Assembly: GCA_964188305.1 (NCBI GenBank)
Contig: OZ076889.1
From: Podarcis bocagei
Taxonomy: Eukaryota
DNA: 64,000 nt
Reading direction: 5' to 3' (one strand)
The translations under genes and the position numbers were made by a program. Of the stretch, positions 1-12,409 are shown one piece after another (the first letter of the stretch is position 1; each line of letters starts with the position of its first letter). The notes beneath the pieces are model-generated. The model was given only the letters and a program-made list of their open reading frames with translations, was not told the origin of the DNA and did not search any database.

Positions 1-83
1 GTTCAGATATTACTAGATTCAGCTCTCATCATCTCTTGCTGGAGGGAATCAAGCCCCCCACCCCTGATCTACATTGCACAGAG

Positions 84-575
84 TGTCAGGGACTGGGCAG
101 AGGAGGAATGGTGGAGACCGCCTCCCCAGACTGACCCTTCCAGAGAAGAAGGAGACGGTTCAGAATTACAACAGGGGGTTGAGGGAGGTCACAGCTCAGA
201 GGCAGATGAGGGGGAAAGCTGGGAAATAATGGGAGAGGAGGAGGAGGAAGAAGAGGCAACAGGGAAGAGACAGCTGATGGACTCAGTGTCTTTAGAAAGC
301 ATGCTAGAACCCTCACTCCCAGAAGCCGGCAGTCATTGAAAGTAGGAGAGCAGAGAGCTCAGAGGCAGAAGGCACAGCTCAGCCACCATAGAGATGAATC
401 ATAATAGGAGACAGAGGGGGTGCAGTTTCACTCAGAGCGATACCATTACTCCAAGAGACTGCATTTCTAAGCCTCTCTCTGTGAATATTGAATAAAATTC
501 ATTGGTAAGAACTGTCCTTGTCTTATCCATTCCTGGCAACCCACCGTGGGGGGTTGGATCCTCTGACGCCTGACA
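84..575 (+). mobile_element. Solo LTR (LTR-A), probably Gypsy/Metaviridae-type
   Basis: TGTCAGG...CCTGACA inverted termini; perfect 5-bp TSD CAGAG (79-83, 576-580); AATAAA at 491-496. Confidence 0.88.
85..404 (+). pseudogene. ATG-less acidic/basic reading frame inside LTR-A U3, one frameshift near 310
   Basis: Open from LTR base 2 (VRDWAEEEWW...SWEIMGEEEEEEE...SLESMLEP), continuing after a 1-nt shift as LTPRSRQSLKVGEQRAQR...*; homologous at protein level to the frame at 53628-53990. Confidence 0.6.
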
Positions 576-1393
576 CAGAGGCAGCTCACGTATCAATTAG
601 ACAGTGTATCCCTTCTTGCCACACATAGAACATGTAGAAGCATGCATCTGAGTGCTCATATCTCTTTTTGGAGTAAGCAGATTGTGCATTTTTAGGAAGC
701 GTATGTGACAACATGGGAGAATTTCTGAGACAGAGATTCACTCCCCTGCTCCACCAGTGTGAGTTACCTACCCTTTGGGATATGTTGATAGATTTCCTCC
801 CTGCATTTTAAGCAGAAACTATTTCAGCTCAGAATTACCCCAGTGGAAATACGGTTAGATCTAATAAGTCGTTGCAGTCAACTGTTTCACTAGAATTCCT
901 TTTGCTTCGTTCTCTTGCTGCTTCATTGTGTGCCCAGACACTCAAATGGCTGTTCTTGATTTGCTTTCATTTCATAAATGTGGTAAACAAAAACCCATTC
1001 CAGTAGATGATGCTGCATACTTAGGAAGAATGAAAAATAAGGAGTGGGTCTTTGTCAAGGATTTTTGTCAAGGGTTATAATTTTTTCAACAACAACAACC
1101 TTTTCTTTTAAAGCCACATGTTCTAGTGGGAACTGTAGAATGAGTACAATGTCTTCTTATCACACTCAGTATCAGTGAGACTCTGCACCATGTCCCATAA
1201 CTTCCTGAGATGCTCTTGCCAGAGTAAGTGGGAGAGTGTGTGTTTGGTAGTTTAATCCCTTCTCTCTCTCCCTCTCCCTCCCTCCCTCCCTCAAATTGTC
1301 TAGGTTAGACATACTTTTTAGGCTGATTCCCCATTTTGTTTATGTGCTGCTGCTCTTATGTTAAGTTAGCTGTTGTGTTTTCAAAATACTGAG

Positions 1394-1679
1394 TGTTATG
1401 TATTGAGTTGAATAGGATCCAAAATGCAGCAGTCTGATTGGTCCTAGAACAATGCAGCAGTATGATTGGTCTGCAGGAGCCACCCAATCCGGCTCCAGAT
1501 GGAAGTGAATCCGCAACCTGATTGGCCTACAGGAGAATTCCGCAATTAGCCAATCACGTGCAGCCCATTGTGTAAATAATATATATAAAGCAGATACTTG
1601 GAGGGGACTTTCATTCCTCCTCACCACTATGAGCTGAATAAAGAGCATGAAATCCACTCTCGACTCTGAGTATATTTCA
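1394..1679 (+). mobile_element. Short solo LTR rich in CCAAT boxes
   Basis: TG...CA ends; TSD CTGA(G/A); several ATTGG/CCAAT boxes, TATATAAA near 1582, AATAAA 1637-1642. Confidence 0.8.
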
Positions 1680-2824
1680 CTGAAGTTTTTTTTTGTTTTT
1701 GTTTTTAAATTATGACTGTGAACCTGTTTGGGGGTGGCTTAAATGGAGCCGAAACGTGTATAAATATTCATATTAAAGCCAAAAAAACCAACCAACCAAA
1801 ATCACTGGTAAATCTTATTTTGATGAAAACAAAAACAGGTCTTGCTCAAATCTGTGATGCATTCATATCCACCATCATTCCACTGAAAGCAATAATGCAT
1901 ATACAAGAAATTTAAACAAGGGACACAACACAAACATTACCCATTGCCATTATCCGATTGCCTTTTGTGATTGGTGCATATACTGTACAAGGAGCGGAGC
2001 ATTTAATATTTTGGCCTTCATCTAAGGTTTATTATTTATTTATTTTATTTAAAAATTAAAATATGAGGTTAGGTCTGCAAAAGGTTAAGTGCCTGATTAT
2101 GCAGAATCATATAGAAAAGTCCTGCAGGACAGAAAACTGATTAAACCAATCTAACACTACAGAGATTTAATCAGGCTGACTCAAAATGGCAAAGAGCCTA
2201 TACGGTTTAAGAGGATATGACATCCTTAGCAGAAGGTTTTAATTTTCCTTTTAAAAAAGATTCCGATATTGAATTCTCGTAGGGTTTTAATTTTTTTAAG
2301 GGAATGACGTTTTTCAAATTCTGTTCAGGGCCAGTGTTAAGCTGGGCAAAGTGTGATTATGGTTTCTGAAATCCTTCAGTCTCTGATCCCATTCTGAGCT
2401 CTGTGTCTTACTGGCAATGGTGATGAATTTCAAAAATGGAAGGATTCAGAATGCAAACTCCCCCTGCTGGGACATATCACAGCCATTATGAGCCACTCCC
2501 AAGCATCTTGGTTTTCTGCTGGCAATAATAGCTCAAAGCATACTTAGAACATCTCATCACAAGAAGAGCCCTTGGCTTCAGTCAAAGCTTTCGGCTGTCA
2601 TGTTGCATGTCCTTTCTCATGCGACCTGCTAAGTTTAGCAAACTGTGTGGGTGGAGGAGACTGGCAAATAAGAATATGCAGATAGTGAAGGAGCTATCCG
2701 AGACTGAGCTTTGGGAAACTTGGGAGAGGTCCAAGTTTTCCCCAAGAGTTTTCAGAACAGAAAACTTTCAGAACAGAAAGACTTAGCCCATCCTGAATTG
2801 AGATGCGATGAGTTTTATCCAATA

Positions 2825-3053
2825 CAGTCGTACCTTGGATCCCAAACACCTTGTGAGTTGAAAATTTTGGCTCCCAAACACCACAAACCCAGAAGTGAGT
2901 GTTCTGGTTTGCGAACATTCTTTGGAACCTGAAAGTCTGCCGGGGCTTCCACGGCTTCCGATTGGCTGCAGGAGCTTCCTGCAGCCAATCGGAAGCCGCG
3001 GAAGTCGGACAGACTGCTGGAATGGATTCTGTTTGACTTCTGAGGTACCACTG
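2825..3053. mobile_element. Tc1/mariner (pogo/Tigger-like) MITE with internal hairpin
   Basis: TA TSDs; CAGT(C/G)GTACC...GGTACCACTG TIRs; perfect 22-bp inverted repeat at 2952-2998. Confidence 0.85.
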
Positions 3054-3515
3054 TACTCTTTTGCATTGTTTGGTCTGTACCACTTTGGACCACAGGTGGA
3101 GGCTCGCATGACTGAATTCTATCCCACGTAAAGAAATAAAACCGTTCACAAGCAAACCTAGAAGACAGGAGAAAGACTGGATCAGAAACCTTTCCACTGA
3201 TATTCTAGCTCCCTGGATCTTGCGAGTTATTTATTAATTCATTCTACAGAGAAGGATTTCTCCATGTGAGTCTTTACCTGCATTCTGAAGAGGTACAATC
3301 CAAGCACAAATTGACCATGCCAGGGGAAACCAGGCATGAGATACTACATGCACGCAATCTGACCCAAGGTCTCCTAGTGCTCAAGTTGTGATGCCTTCTT
3401 CCCTATCAATTCAATAATGAGCAGCCAGTTGGGTTCTGCTACATAGCTTGCCTGTTACTGGGATATGTGTGGAGGCAGGGCAGGCAAATGGCATGGTCAA
3501 GAGGTGTGCTGGCTG

Positions 3516-3769
3516 GAGAAGAAGAGAAGAAGAATTTGGATTTGACATCCCGCTTTATCACTACCCGAAGCAGTCTCAAAGCGGTTAACATTCTCCTTTC
3601 TCTTCCTCCCCCACAACAAACACTCTGTGAGGTGAGTGGGGCTGAGAGACTTCAGAGAAGTGTGATTAGCCCAAGGTCATCCAGCAGCTGCATGTGGAGG
3701 AGTGGAGACACGAACCCGGTTCCCCAGATTACGAGTCTATCGCTCTCAACCACTACACCACACCGGCTC
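3516..3769 (-). mobile_element. tRNA-derived MIR-like squamate SINE with (TTC)n-like tail
   Basis: A/B-box-like head on the minus strand (GGTGTGGTGTAGTGG, GGTTCGTGTC); close copy at 30371-30618. Confidence 0.8.
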
Positions 3770-3924
3770 CAGTGCTGGATTGGCTCTGCTGATGCTCCTG
3801 CACCACCCCAACCTTGCCAATGCCTCACACTGTACCACCACCACATCCTAGTGAACAGTAGACACTACTGCCAGGAAGTCAATTGTGTAGCAGTGCTGAA
3901 CCCAGCTCGTTTTGTTCCTTAAAG

Positions 3925-4061
3925 CAGTGGAGGGCAACCTGTGGCCCTTCAGATATTGTGGGGTTACGGCTCATGTTAACCCTCATGCCTGACCATGCTA
4001 GCTGGGGCCGATGGAGGTTGGATTCCAACAACATCTGATGGGTCACAGGTTAAAAACCCCA
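3925..4061. mobile_element. hAT-type MITE
   Basis: 8-bp TSD CCTTAAAG (3917-3924, 4062-4069); degenerate TIRs. Confidence 0.7.
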
Positions 4062-5571
4062 CCTTAAAGGAATTTAACTAGCATCCTGGGCTTAGAAACA
4101 CATTAACAGGCTCCACAGAGAAGAATAAGAGTATGTCTGTTTCCTAAAACCCAACCAGCCAAGAGGCACGTTTCAGAATCCTGTCTTTAGACCATCTTTC
4201 TGGACTGTCAAGGGCAATCGCAGAAAAATCTTAAATTGACTCCAGAAAACCCAAACCACTTTTTTCTTTTTTTGCATTCCCCACCCCCCTTTCATTTTAG
4301 CTCTGAAAGATAGGAGCATTGATATGATAAGTTTGCAAGGTGGTATGAAAAATAAAGGGAGATTAAATCATTTATTTAGCAGGTACAAAAACTAATACAT
4401 TTTGAGCCGGGATAGTTTAGTGGCAATCTATCCGCCCTCATAGAAGAATCTAAAAATCTTTGGCAATTCCAGAGTCTGCTTGGCCCTAACAAAGGTATTT
4501 GACAAAACACTGAAAAACCAAAAGAGATAATACTGGTACTGTTCCAGATGAATGGATGAAAGACAGCTACATTTTTGGATTTAATCCATGAATACATCCT
4601 CACCATGATGCTTTGTACAAAGCAACTGAAGCTGATCTCAGAATCTTTTTTCTGCCCTCTGTTAACTTTTTATTTTCAGACATCTCCCCACCCCCTAATC
4701 ATGGCAACAGATAAGAAAAATGCAAACAGAGAAAATAAAACAGTGAATTAAAGAAATATAAACAGAGTAAGGTGAAAAATGCTCCAAGTATAATGAAGAA
4801 AAGTTTTTTTAGCATTAGTTTTACCATAATAAGAAAGTATAATTTGACAGTGGCAAAACTGATTAAGTGTATGTTGCAATTTCACAGGAGCACAGATAAA
4901 GACTTGATAGCTACCCTAGGTGAAGAATTCAGGTACTTGGGAATTTCAGCTTTCAATTTTTAAAAGTTTGTGTTTCTAGTCGTTACTGTTGCAAACATAA
5001 TGTTTTTCAGATGCCCTGCTGAAATCCCAGAAGCCAAAGAATGCACTCGACAAGATTCACAGTGCTTCAGGTTGGGTAGGCTAAAGTCTTCTGCATAGCT
5101 ACTTGCCATCACCATGACTAACAAAACCAGATTAAATCATGAAATTGCGCAAAATAGTAAAAATGGGAGAATGCACACACACACACAGATACAAACACCT
5201 AGAAGCATTCTGCTCCCCACCCCATGGACCGAACTCCATGCTGCAGATTTTTAGTTTTATTTCTTAGCACAAAGTACACAAAGTTCTGACCGTGGCTTGC
5301 TGATAACATTACACTTTAGAAGAAGTAGCATGTGAAACGTGGATCAAGCTCCATTCCAACCAAAATTGATCTTACCAACAGGAGCGACCTCCACTTTGGA
5401 ATCAGCCTTGTTCTTTTCAGGCTAAATTCCATAATTTTGAACTCTCATAGTGACTTCCCAGTATAATAGGGAGTGTAATTTAGCTTCATTTGCCTGAGAA
5501 CCTTAGAACCTTAGATACTCCCTTAGAAACCTCCCCTACCATCCACCTATGAACCTTTGGATCTTCCCCAC

Positions 5572-5730
5572 CATAAGAACATGAGAAGAGCCTACTGGAT
5601 CAGGCCAATGACCCATTTAGTCCAGCATCCTGTTCTCTAACCATATGCCTGTGGAAAACCAGGAAGCCGAACATGAGTGCAAGGGCAATCTTCCTTCCCA
5701 CTGTTTCCAGAAATATCCCTTGATCCTAAA
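5572..5730 (-). mobile_element. CR1 LINE 3' end fragment
   Basis: CATAAGAACAT tail and GCTGGATCAGGCCAATG..CCAT.TAGTCCAGCATCCTG-like 3' UTR motif. Confidence 0.7.
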
Positions 5731-5897
5731 CATATCTGGAGGCCCATATTTATCCTTAGTGCTTGGGGCAGAGAAGTGTCTTGAGGACCTTAGAACATTG
5801 AGTTTTTCAGGTTTATTAGGTAGTTAGCAGGGGTGCTAGAACTTATTGGGCATGAGACACTGGTTCAAAGAGCCCTGGGACATGTAGTTTCCATCAA

Positions 5898-6455
5898 CGG
5901 TGTCTCCACATCACTTGGGAAGACAGGCAAACTAATGCCAGTGTACTGGAAGAAGCAAAGATCACCAGTGTCGAAGCGATGATTCTTCAACATCAACTAC
6001 GTTGGACTGGTCATGTTGTGCAGATGCCTGATTATCATCTTCCAAAGCAACTACTCAACTCCAAACTTTAAAATAGTAAGCGTAATGTTGGTGGTCAACA
6101 AAAGAGGTTCAAAGACTCTCTCAAGGAAAATGTAAAAAAAAAAGTAGAATAAACACCAACAACTGGGAAACACTTGCCTGCAAGTGCTCCAATTGGAGAA
6201 CAGCCTTTACCAAAGGTGTCATGGGCTTGGAAGATGCTCAAACTCAGGATGAAAGGGAGAAACGCACTAAGAGGAAGGTATGTTTGCCAAACCCTCACCA
6301 TGATCAACTTCCACCCGGAAACCTATGTCCCCACTGTGGAAGGACATGTGGATCCAGAATTGGCCTCCACAGTCACTTACGGAGTCACTTTTAAAACCGT
6401 GTTTATGGAAGACAATCTTACTCGGCTACGAGTGATCGCCAAAGAAGAAGAAGAA
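5898..6455 (+). mobile_element. RTE-clade LINE 3' fragment, (GAA)n tail
   Basis: Degenerate RT C-terminus (QLRWTGHVVQMPDYHLPKQLL...GGQQKRFKDSLK); related copies at 49570-50263 and 60623-61020. Confidence 0.85.
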
Positions 6456-6920
6456 GTTTCTAGAGTGTCGGACATCCTCCTTGTGGACTTAGGCATCCTG
6501 GGAATGATATGCCCCAGAGCTTCTTGTTGTGGACAAACATTGAGCAACATCTCTACCTGTCGCTGACTGACCCTTCACAGGAGCAGCCAGGAAGAAAGCC
6601 AGGTATACAAGGTATTATGGAAAAATAAAACTGCTACATCAGTTAAGGAGACGTGAGTGGGCAGAGCTGTCTGCTTGCCAAAGCATTAGAAAAGGCAAGG
6701 GAAGCAAAACAGAGTGACTGCTTTTGCTCTCCAGCTGCCTCTGACTGTTTTCACCACTTCAGAGAAGGGGAAGAAATTGGAGGGAAGTATGATGGCAAAC
6801 AGATAAAAGTTTGATTCCATGTGTTTACACATCAATAGGTTCATGTGCGAAAACAATCCCAAGAAGCCTTAAGATCTGCTCTGTATTTTGACATGGTTTG
6901 AGAGCTAGATCTGTTCTATC

Positions 6921-7760
6921 TAGGGAAGGATGAATCTTTCAATTCACAGGTTCCCCTCCACCCAATCTTAAATTCAGTTCTCTCTATTTCCATAGCAATT
7001 TGCTATTTAAAAAAAATTCTCATGAAAATGTAACATTTTTTGTGGGAATTTTTTCTATTAAACATATTTTTTGCATACAATCTTGCCTAATATGCACATT
7101 TTTGCAAAGCTGTGGCCTCTAAGATATGGCCTTTTTGCATATTATTTGACTAATATTATTTGACTAATATTAATTTGCATATTATTTGTACATTCTTATC
7201 CACACTTTGTGTGTTTTGTATACATTGTTTGGTAAGAGAACTACATTGCAAAATTCAGGAACTTGCCAATTTTGAAGGATGACTATGTTTCAGTTTACAT
7301 ATACCATATTTTTCGCTCTATAGGACTCACCCGACCATAGGACACACCTAGTTTTAGAGGGGGAGAACAAGAAAAAAAAATCTCTCCTTCTCTGCGCAGC
7401 GCCCCTTCAGCGAAGCGGCAGGAGAAACGGAGCCCCTTCCATTTCTCCTCCCACTTCGCTGAAGGGGCGCTGTGCAGAGAGGGGAAGCTGTGCAGCACTT
7501 CTCCAGCGAAGCGAAGCCAGGAGAGTCTTGTTCTCCAGACTTCAGGGATAGCCGCCCAAAACCCCCGGAGGCTTCACATTGCTTTCGCTGAAGCCATGGA
7601 GCCTGCATTCGCTCCATAAGATGCACACACATTTCCCCTTAGTTTTTGGAGGGGGGAAAGTGCGTCTTATAGAGCGAAAAATACAGGTAGTTTCAGAAAT
7701 TGCTAATTTTGTAGGTTCTCCTTTAAAAGTGAACTGAATCAGATTTCACCCCCAACCCTA
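6921..7760. mobile_element. AT-rich non-autonomous DNA transposon (TAGGG...CCCTA ends), interrupted by a MITE
   Basis: TAGGG/CCCTA termini; similar sequence at about 61375-61803. Confidence 0.5.
7304..7687. mobile_element. Tc1/mariner MITE (CCGTATTTTTCGCTCTATA-type TIR)
   Basis: TA flanks; TIR CCATATTTTTCGCTCTATA / TATAGAGCGAAAAATAC; related inverted copy at 9312-9568. Confidence 0.8.
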
Positions 7761-8105
7761 GTTCTACCTACTGATGTATCAAAATTTCTCCTTGGTTTTA
7801 CTTTTCAACTGTGTTCACAACAATGTATAAGAAAATAAATTGCACCCAAAAAATGATCAATGGAGAGAGAAAATACCTTTGGAATTCCCATGAATGGGCT
7901 GCAGGGCTTTGGTTGGACTTAGCTGACTTTCAAGCTGGCCAAGGGGCATATGTAGAAGTGTCCTTTCTTTCATTCTTGAAATAATTTCTTCAGTAGTGTG
8001 CACTCTGCAGCCTTCCCGGGTGTCTGCATTTCCTGAATACCACATTTGAGTTTGCTGTAGCATAGAAAAGAGGAGATACTGTTTCTTGTGTGCTTAACAA
8101 AGGCT

Positions 8106-8107
<2 letters not shown>

Positions 8108-8155
<48 letters not shown>
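8108..8155. repeat. (TC)n microsatellite
   Basis: About 24 perfect units. Confidence 0.95.
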
Positions 8156-8158
<3 letters not shown>

Positions 8159-8371
8159 ATATTTTTGAAGTTACAATGAAGACACTGATGCCACTTTCTG
8201 AGGATTGAGGGGCCCCGATGCAACTTCATGACATTGCACATGCAACGTCTTGTGGTGTCAGGACATTGAACGACATTGAACATGGGGCCCTCTGAACAGT
8301 GAGGGAGGCTGCCCCCTTAAAAAAAGGCAAAAGATCTGGTAGAAGATTCCTGTCCTCTGCTGACGTACATT

Positions 8372-8653
8372 TGTTGTTGTCTTAGTCATGTTCGACTCTC
8401 CATGACTCCATGAACCAGAGCATGCCTTGGAAACTCTCACTTTCTTCTCAAAGCATCTCCTTTTTTATGTCCATGGAGTTTTCTGGGCAAAATACTGGAG
8501 TGGTTCGCCAGTTCCTTCTCCAGGTGGATCACATTTAGTCTAAACTCTCGGCTATGACCTGTCCATCTTGGGTGGCCCTGCACGGCATAGCTCAGAGCTT
8601 CTCTGAGTTATTCAAGCCCCTTCACCACAACAAGGCGGTGATCCATGAAGGGG
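8372..8653 (-). mobile_element. Bipartite non-autonomous Bov-B derivative (5' region joined to 3' end)
   Basis: Bov-B 3' end with (CAA)n tail at 8372-8440 joined to Bov-B 5'-region-like sequence (ATACTGGAGTGG..GCCA.TTCCTTCTCCAG); 11-bp TSD TGAC(G/A)TACATT. Confidence 0.72.
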
Positions 8654-9311
8654 TGACATACATTACAGCCATACAAAAACCAGCAGATTATTCTGTGCAA
8701 TTTCCCCTCAGTTCCATTGCACACACCATACACCTTCTTATTGTCCATACATTATCTTACTGTCCATTTAATTGGACACCAATTACTGCTGATAAATAGA
8801 TAAAACAGAAGGAGAGCGGAACCAACATAATAAACCATTTAGGAGATAAAAATATATTTCTTCCCCGCAGGAGTTGTCAAAAAACGCATGCAGTTCCTGA
8901 ATCAAGCTGTTCCAAGCTTCCTTCTTCTCAATTCAGACTCGGATGGTGGGCCAGGGGACATCTAGACTTCACTACAATCCAACGTGAAGGAGGAATGGTC
9001 CTCTGCTAGAGGGAATTCAATGCACTAAGGGCTTGGGTATGTGAATGAAGGTTGCATTGCCTCAATCCTGGGATTGTGAACCTTTCTTCTGATGTCCTGC
9101 ACACCTTTAAAGGCATGTGAGGGGCCCACGGCTTGAGAAATGACTCATCTCAACAGCATAATGAAAATACCAAGATAAAACTCAACATGCTACTGTCAAA
9201 GTCAAGGGTGAGGGACCTCAAGCCTAAGGACTGGATGGAGTGGTGTGTCTGAATGTGTGTAGAAACCCCCGACTTTTGAAAGGCTGGCATGTAGGCTACT
9301 GCAGACAGGTA

Positions 9312-9568
9312 CCGTATTTTTTGCTCTATAAGACTCACTTTTTCCCTCCTAAAAAGTAAGGGGAAATGTGTGTGCATCTTATGGAGCGAATGCAGGCTGC
9401 ACAGCTATCCCAGAAGCCAGAACAGCAAGAGGGATCGCTGCTTTCGCTGCACAGGGATCCCCCTTGCTGTTCCGGCTTCTGGGATTCAGAATTTTTTTTT
9501 CTTGTTTTCCTCCTCCAAAAACTAGGTGCGTCTTATGGTCTGGTGCATCTTATAGGGTGAATAATACA
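9312..9568. mobile_element. Tc1/mariner MITE, same family as 7304-7687 in opposite orientation
   Basis: CCGTATTTTTTGCTCTATAAG TIR; shared internal blocks. Confidence 0.75.
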
Positions 9569-9644
9569 TTACGTGCCAGATAAATTGCTCCACCCACTTT
9601 TGCCTCTGGCCAAACCCAACACTGGCATGCGGCAATGATGCTAA

Positions 9645-9787
9645 CTTGATAGCTCAGTTGGTTAGAGCGCGATGCTGATAACACCAAGGTTGCAAGTTTG
9701 ATTCCTGGATGGGACAGCTGCATAGTCCTGCTTTATAGGGGGGTTGGACTAGATGACCACCGGGTCCCTTCCATTTCTACAATTCTA
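9645..9787 (+). mobile_element. tRNA-derived SINE with CR1-type tail
   Basis: GATAGCTCAGTTGGTTAGAGC A-box head, GTTTGATTCC B-box, GGTTGGACTAGATGACC...TTCTAC tail. Confidence 0.8.
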
Positions 9788-11739
9788 TTAAGAAAGGCTG
9801 CCCCCAAGCTTTAAAAAAACCCTAGCCTGCTTTGAAGTTGCTATCCTTCAAAAATTACCTTGCTCCGTTTGAAAAACTGCCACTTTACTTCCATATTTCT
9901 CCCTGTTTGTTAGTATTTTTCTTTTTTGCTTTTTTAAAATAAAAAAAGTATTTCCACTGCTTTCTAGGACATCAGTGTGGATGTTAAATATTTTTTTAAA
10001 ATAAAAAGAACGAAAACCTCTTTTGATCGGTAATTCCTCTGCTCTTCAAACCCAGTTTTCTATTGTCAAAATAAATCTCCCTTTTTCAGTTTTAAGGAAC
10101 TGGCCCCACTTATTTCTAGAGGTAAAGTAATCACCAACCACTCTAAATGGCATCTCTAGATTACAGCAACTCAGAACATTTATCTGCAACGTAGTCAGCC
10201 TAACCTGAGAGAAGATAACTTGAAGGAGGCACCATTAACCAAAATGTCAGACCCAGATTTCACACACAGAAGCTGCACTGTCAGCATAGGGTATATTTGA
10301 ATAAATAAATTCTCCTGTGTATAAGAAAGATAACAAAGTTTCCAGTAAATCTGCACTTACCAGCACTTGCAGGAGGATTAACTGAAAAAAACAACACACA
10401 CAACCCAATGATTCTTAACTGTTCATGAAAGCACTGGCGGTAATCTTTTGATCTAGATCTTCCCAATTAGTTTTAGGAAGGTTATTATTTTCCTCTGAAC
10501 CTGCTTGTTAAGAATATAAACTGTCTCTGTCGGGACTGTACAACTTGTGATTTAGCTTAAGAAACCAGAGGTTTGCCCTTGCATTCATTTTGATCACCAC
10601 AAAAGAAGAAAAACAACCGTGTTTTCTCAGAAAGGTGCCAGATTTTATTGACACTTGGTGAACAGGGGGGCAGGATTAAGTGCGTGGTTCTGCGGCTCCT
10701 TTCATCCCATTTATTACCTACTTGTGATTAACAGATGAGGAGGGCTTCACTTCTGAAGTTACTTTGAGATATTCTGCAACAGCTGAAGGAGAATCTGAGG
10801 AAGAGCAAACCCACGTAAATGAAAACCAAGTGGAAATCCACTTGTAGCTACCACCAGCACTAACCATGGTTAACACTAACCAGCTTCTTTATAAACCATG
10901 GTCTGTTAGTCTCCTTCAAATGAATGCCTCAAATTCTAGTTTGTGGAGGAATCATGTCTTTAGAAAATTCAGTGTGTTTAAAGATAATTAAATGATTCCC
11001 CCCCCCCAACATAGGTTCAGATCAGCCTTCTCCCATATAGTACCCGCCAGATATTTTGATCACTCCCACCAAGCATGACCAGTGATTAGAGATTATGGGA
11101 AATGTGGTCCAATACATCTCATGGGCACTAGGTTGGGGACGGCTGGTTTAGACAGTTGTGTGTGTGGGGGGGCATGTGTGGTTCTTTCTGCTAACCTCTA
11201 ATTAGCTGTGGTTGAAGGAGAAACAGCAGTGAGAAGTGTTTAGAATTTTGCTTTTTTACAAGAATTGCTTGGCATGTTAACTCTTCAGAATTTTCCCCCA
11301 AGAGAGCCTGCGCTTGTCCTTGTATCTGCCAATGAGATAGTGAATAATTACAGAGTGACCAGAGAGCTCCAAGAGAGGAAAAAATACATCTACACATAGT
11401 AATTAAAAAGCAAAATGTGATTAGACATTGGAGTGTATTCCAAGAAAAATGTGGTTGGGGCAGATAAGACAAGAGAGGAAAGATTCAAAAGCCTGGTTGA
11501 GAAAAAAATCTAATTAAAAGGAAGTGTTATCCCGGTGTTTTGATCTTCGATAGAGAGATGCAGGGTTATTAGTAGAAAATCATTCTGGCAAAAAACACTC
11601 TTCCACATGGGCATGAGAATGGGGTGCTTACGTGAATGCAATGGGGAGAATTTTCTCAAAACCATGTGTTGTCTCTGCAAGTTTAGAAATGTCTCTATTT
11701 TCAAGAATATATCCAATGGGCTGTTAGTGTATGTATGTA

Positions 11740-12218
11740 CAGTGGTACCTTGGTTCTTAAACTTAGTCCGTTCCAAAACCAAGACATACATAGAAAGCAA
11801 TGCAAAATGGATTAACCCATCCCAGACTTTTAAAAACAACCCCTAAAACAGCAATTTAACATGAATTTTACTATCTAACGAGACCAATGATCCATAAAAT
11901 GAAAGCAATAAACAATGTACTGCAGTCACACAATCAATCAATCAATCAATGGCTGAACTGGGTTCCACACAGTCACAAAAACAAAACAAAAAAGCCGCAA
12001 AAACAAAAACGCAAAATAAATAGCAAAACCAAACAGACCACAGTGTAACGCTCAAAACAGAAGTGTGGCACTCAAATTGGAAACATATCACTGAAAACGG
12101 AGCACTTTTGGCTTCCAAAAAAAAAAGTTCGCAAACCGGAACACTTACTTCCGGATTTGCAGTGTTTGGCTTCCAAGTTGTTTGAGTACCAAGGTATTTG
12201 AGAACCCAGGAACCACTG
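11740..12218. mobile_element. Tigger-like MITE
   Basis: TA TSDs; CAGTGGTACCTTGGTTCT / AGAACCCAGGAACCACTG TIRs. Confidence 0.85.
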
Positions 12219-12409
12219 TATGCATGCAAAAATGATAGCAACTGGCATCATTCTTATTCTTATCTTTATTAGCATGTCAAATTCATTTCCTCCTTAGGTA
12301 AGTGAAGTAGACATAACTATGCCTGGCAAGACAGCTTATTCTATAATAATACTACTACCCCTTCATGCTTTAATGAGACTTAAACATGTTGGTTGTTATG
12401 AGGCAGCAT

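Noticed and set aside
5011-5070. Possible 60-nt host exon (TTTTTCAG ... CAG|GTTGGG)
   Set aside because: Weak donor, no recognisable peptide, and no partner exons.
9645-9715. tRNA genes (also 41089 and 54400 regions)
   Set aside because: Degenerate cloverleaves fused to CR1-type tails; these are SINE heads.
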